From NCBI RefSeq assembly GCF_963921235.1, contig NC_086108.1, positions 54,252,001 through 54,316,000 on the forward strand: a stretch of 64,000 bases of DNA. Reading direction: 5' to 3'. The notes below the pieces were generated by a model. That model was given only the letters and a program-made list of their open reading frames with translations, was not told the DNA's origin and did no database searches. Below, in pieces: positions 62,850 through 64,000 of the stretch (the first letter of the stretch is position 1; the number at the start of each line of letters is the position of its first letter). This DNA comes from Mobula hypostoma (lineage: Eukaryota). A program made the position numbers and the translations under genes.

Positions 62850-63635
62850 ATATCTGGTCCCTTAGAATATTGTCCAATAACTTGCATACTACTGATGTCA
62901 GGCCCACTGGCTTATAATTTCCTGGCTTATTCTTGGAGCCTTTCTTAAACAAGGAACAACATTAACTATCCTCCAATCCTCTAGCATCTCACTGGTGGCT
63001 AAGGATGTTTTAAATATCTCTGCACTAGCCTCCCACAGGATATGAGGGAACACCTTGTCTGGCTTTGGGGATTTATCCACCCTCATTTTCCTCAAGACAG
63101 CAAGCTATGTAATCTATATACAGTCCATGACCTCACTGTTGCTTTGTCTCATTTATATTGGCTCTGTTGCAAAAATTCCATCTCTATTAAGTTCTCCCCA
63201 TCTCTTTCGGCTCCAAGCATAGATGACCGCTCTGATCTTCCAGAGGACCAATTTTGTCCCTTGCTATCATTTTGCTCTAAATATCTGTCGAAGCCCTTGG
63301 GATTTTCCTTCACCTTGCTGCATGAGCAACCTTATGCCTTCTTTTAGCCCTCCTGATTTCTTTCCTAAGTGTACCCTTGAATTTCTTGTACTACTCAAGA
63401 ACTTCATTTGCTGCTTCCTGCAAATACCTGCTACACAGCTCCCTTTTCTTAACCGGGCTCAATATCTCTCAACAACGAAGATTCACTAAACCTGCTTGCT
63501 ACCCATGCCTATTATTCTGACAGGAGCATACAAACGCTGTACTCTCAAAATTTCACTTTTGCAGGCCTCCCATTTTCCAAGTGCATATTTGCTGGAAAAC
63601 AACCTGTCCCAATCCACACTTGCCAAATCTTTTCT
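62850..63635 (-). mobile_element. CR1 fragment
   Basis: VDKSPKPD...EDWRIVNVVP motif. Confidence 0.75.
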
Positions 63636-63639
63636 CGCT

Positions 63640-64000
63640 TTCAATCTTTTTTATTGATTTAAAAGAATAAGGATAAATACAAACCAGAGGAGAAGTTATC
63701 TCAAATACATATTTCAATAATAGTACAAAGAAAGGAATATACACTGTCAAAATCATATATAGTATTAAGCTTATATAAAGAAAAAAAAACACTTCTCCTC
63801 TTAACAGTTCATAGAAAAGAAAGACTCAAAATTTCTGTTATTGAGAGAAAAAAAAGCCCACTAAACTAACCTAAACAAAAAAAAAGGGGGACTGGGCAGT
63901 CCATTTTGAGGATACAGTTTTACAGAAAGGAAAAATCCTCTGGTCAAATCTAAAACTTCGCGGAGAAAAAAGAATTAACTGAAAAAGTAAAAAGAATTAG
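63640..64000 (-). mobile_element. Probable L1 3' UTR, running off the right edge
   Basis: Minus-strand AATAAA and A-rich end abutting the CR1; T-rich UTR on the minus strand. Confidence 0.5.

Overview
This is vertebrate nuclear DNA; the repeat landscape suggests a cartilaginous fish, probably a ray or skate (inference). It carries five internal coding exons of a RAVER-family gene, most likely RAVER2, on the + strand: 16139-16608, 24567-24755, 25509-25632, 27521-27606 and 34796-34894. All have GT-AG boundaries and splice into one frame; the first and last exons lie outside the window. The introns are mostly transposable elements: L1/Tx1, CR1, Rex-Babar, RTE, Penelope-like elements with hammerhead-ribozyme motifs, Tc1 and Tigger/pogo DNA transposons, a tRNA-SINE and two Gypsy LTR elements. 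Five observations stand out. (1) A Gypsy element (58158-61695) has its RT fused in frame to three discontinuous pieces resembling sarcomeric myosin heavy-chain rod, an apparent host-gene capture. (2) A very young Gmr1-type Gypsy element (45473-50383) keeps one 975-aa ORF despite lacking the RT and integrase catalytic cores. (3) A ~15 kb multi-layer nest includes a CR1 with a twin-priming-like inversion. (4) A 210-bp palindromic Penelope insertion has a hammerhead core in its loop. (5) A 326-bp unclassified retroposon ends in a (TAG)n tail. Protein family assignments come from recalled motifs, not database searches.
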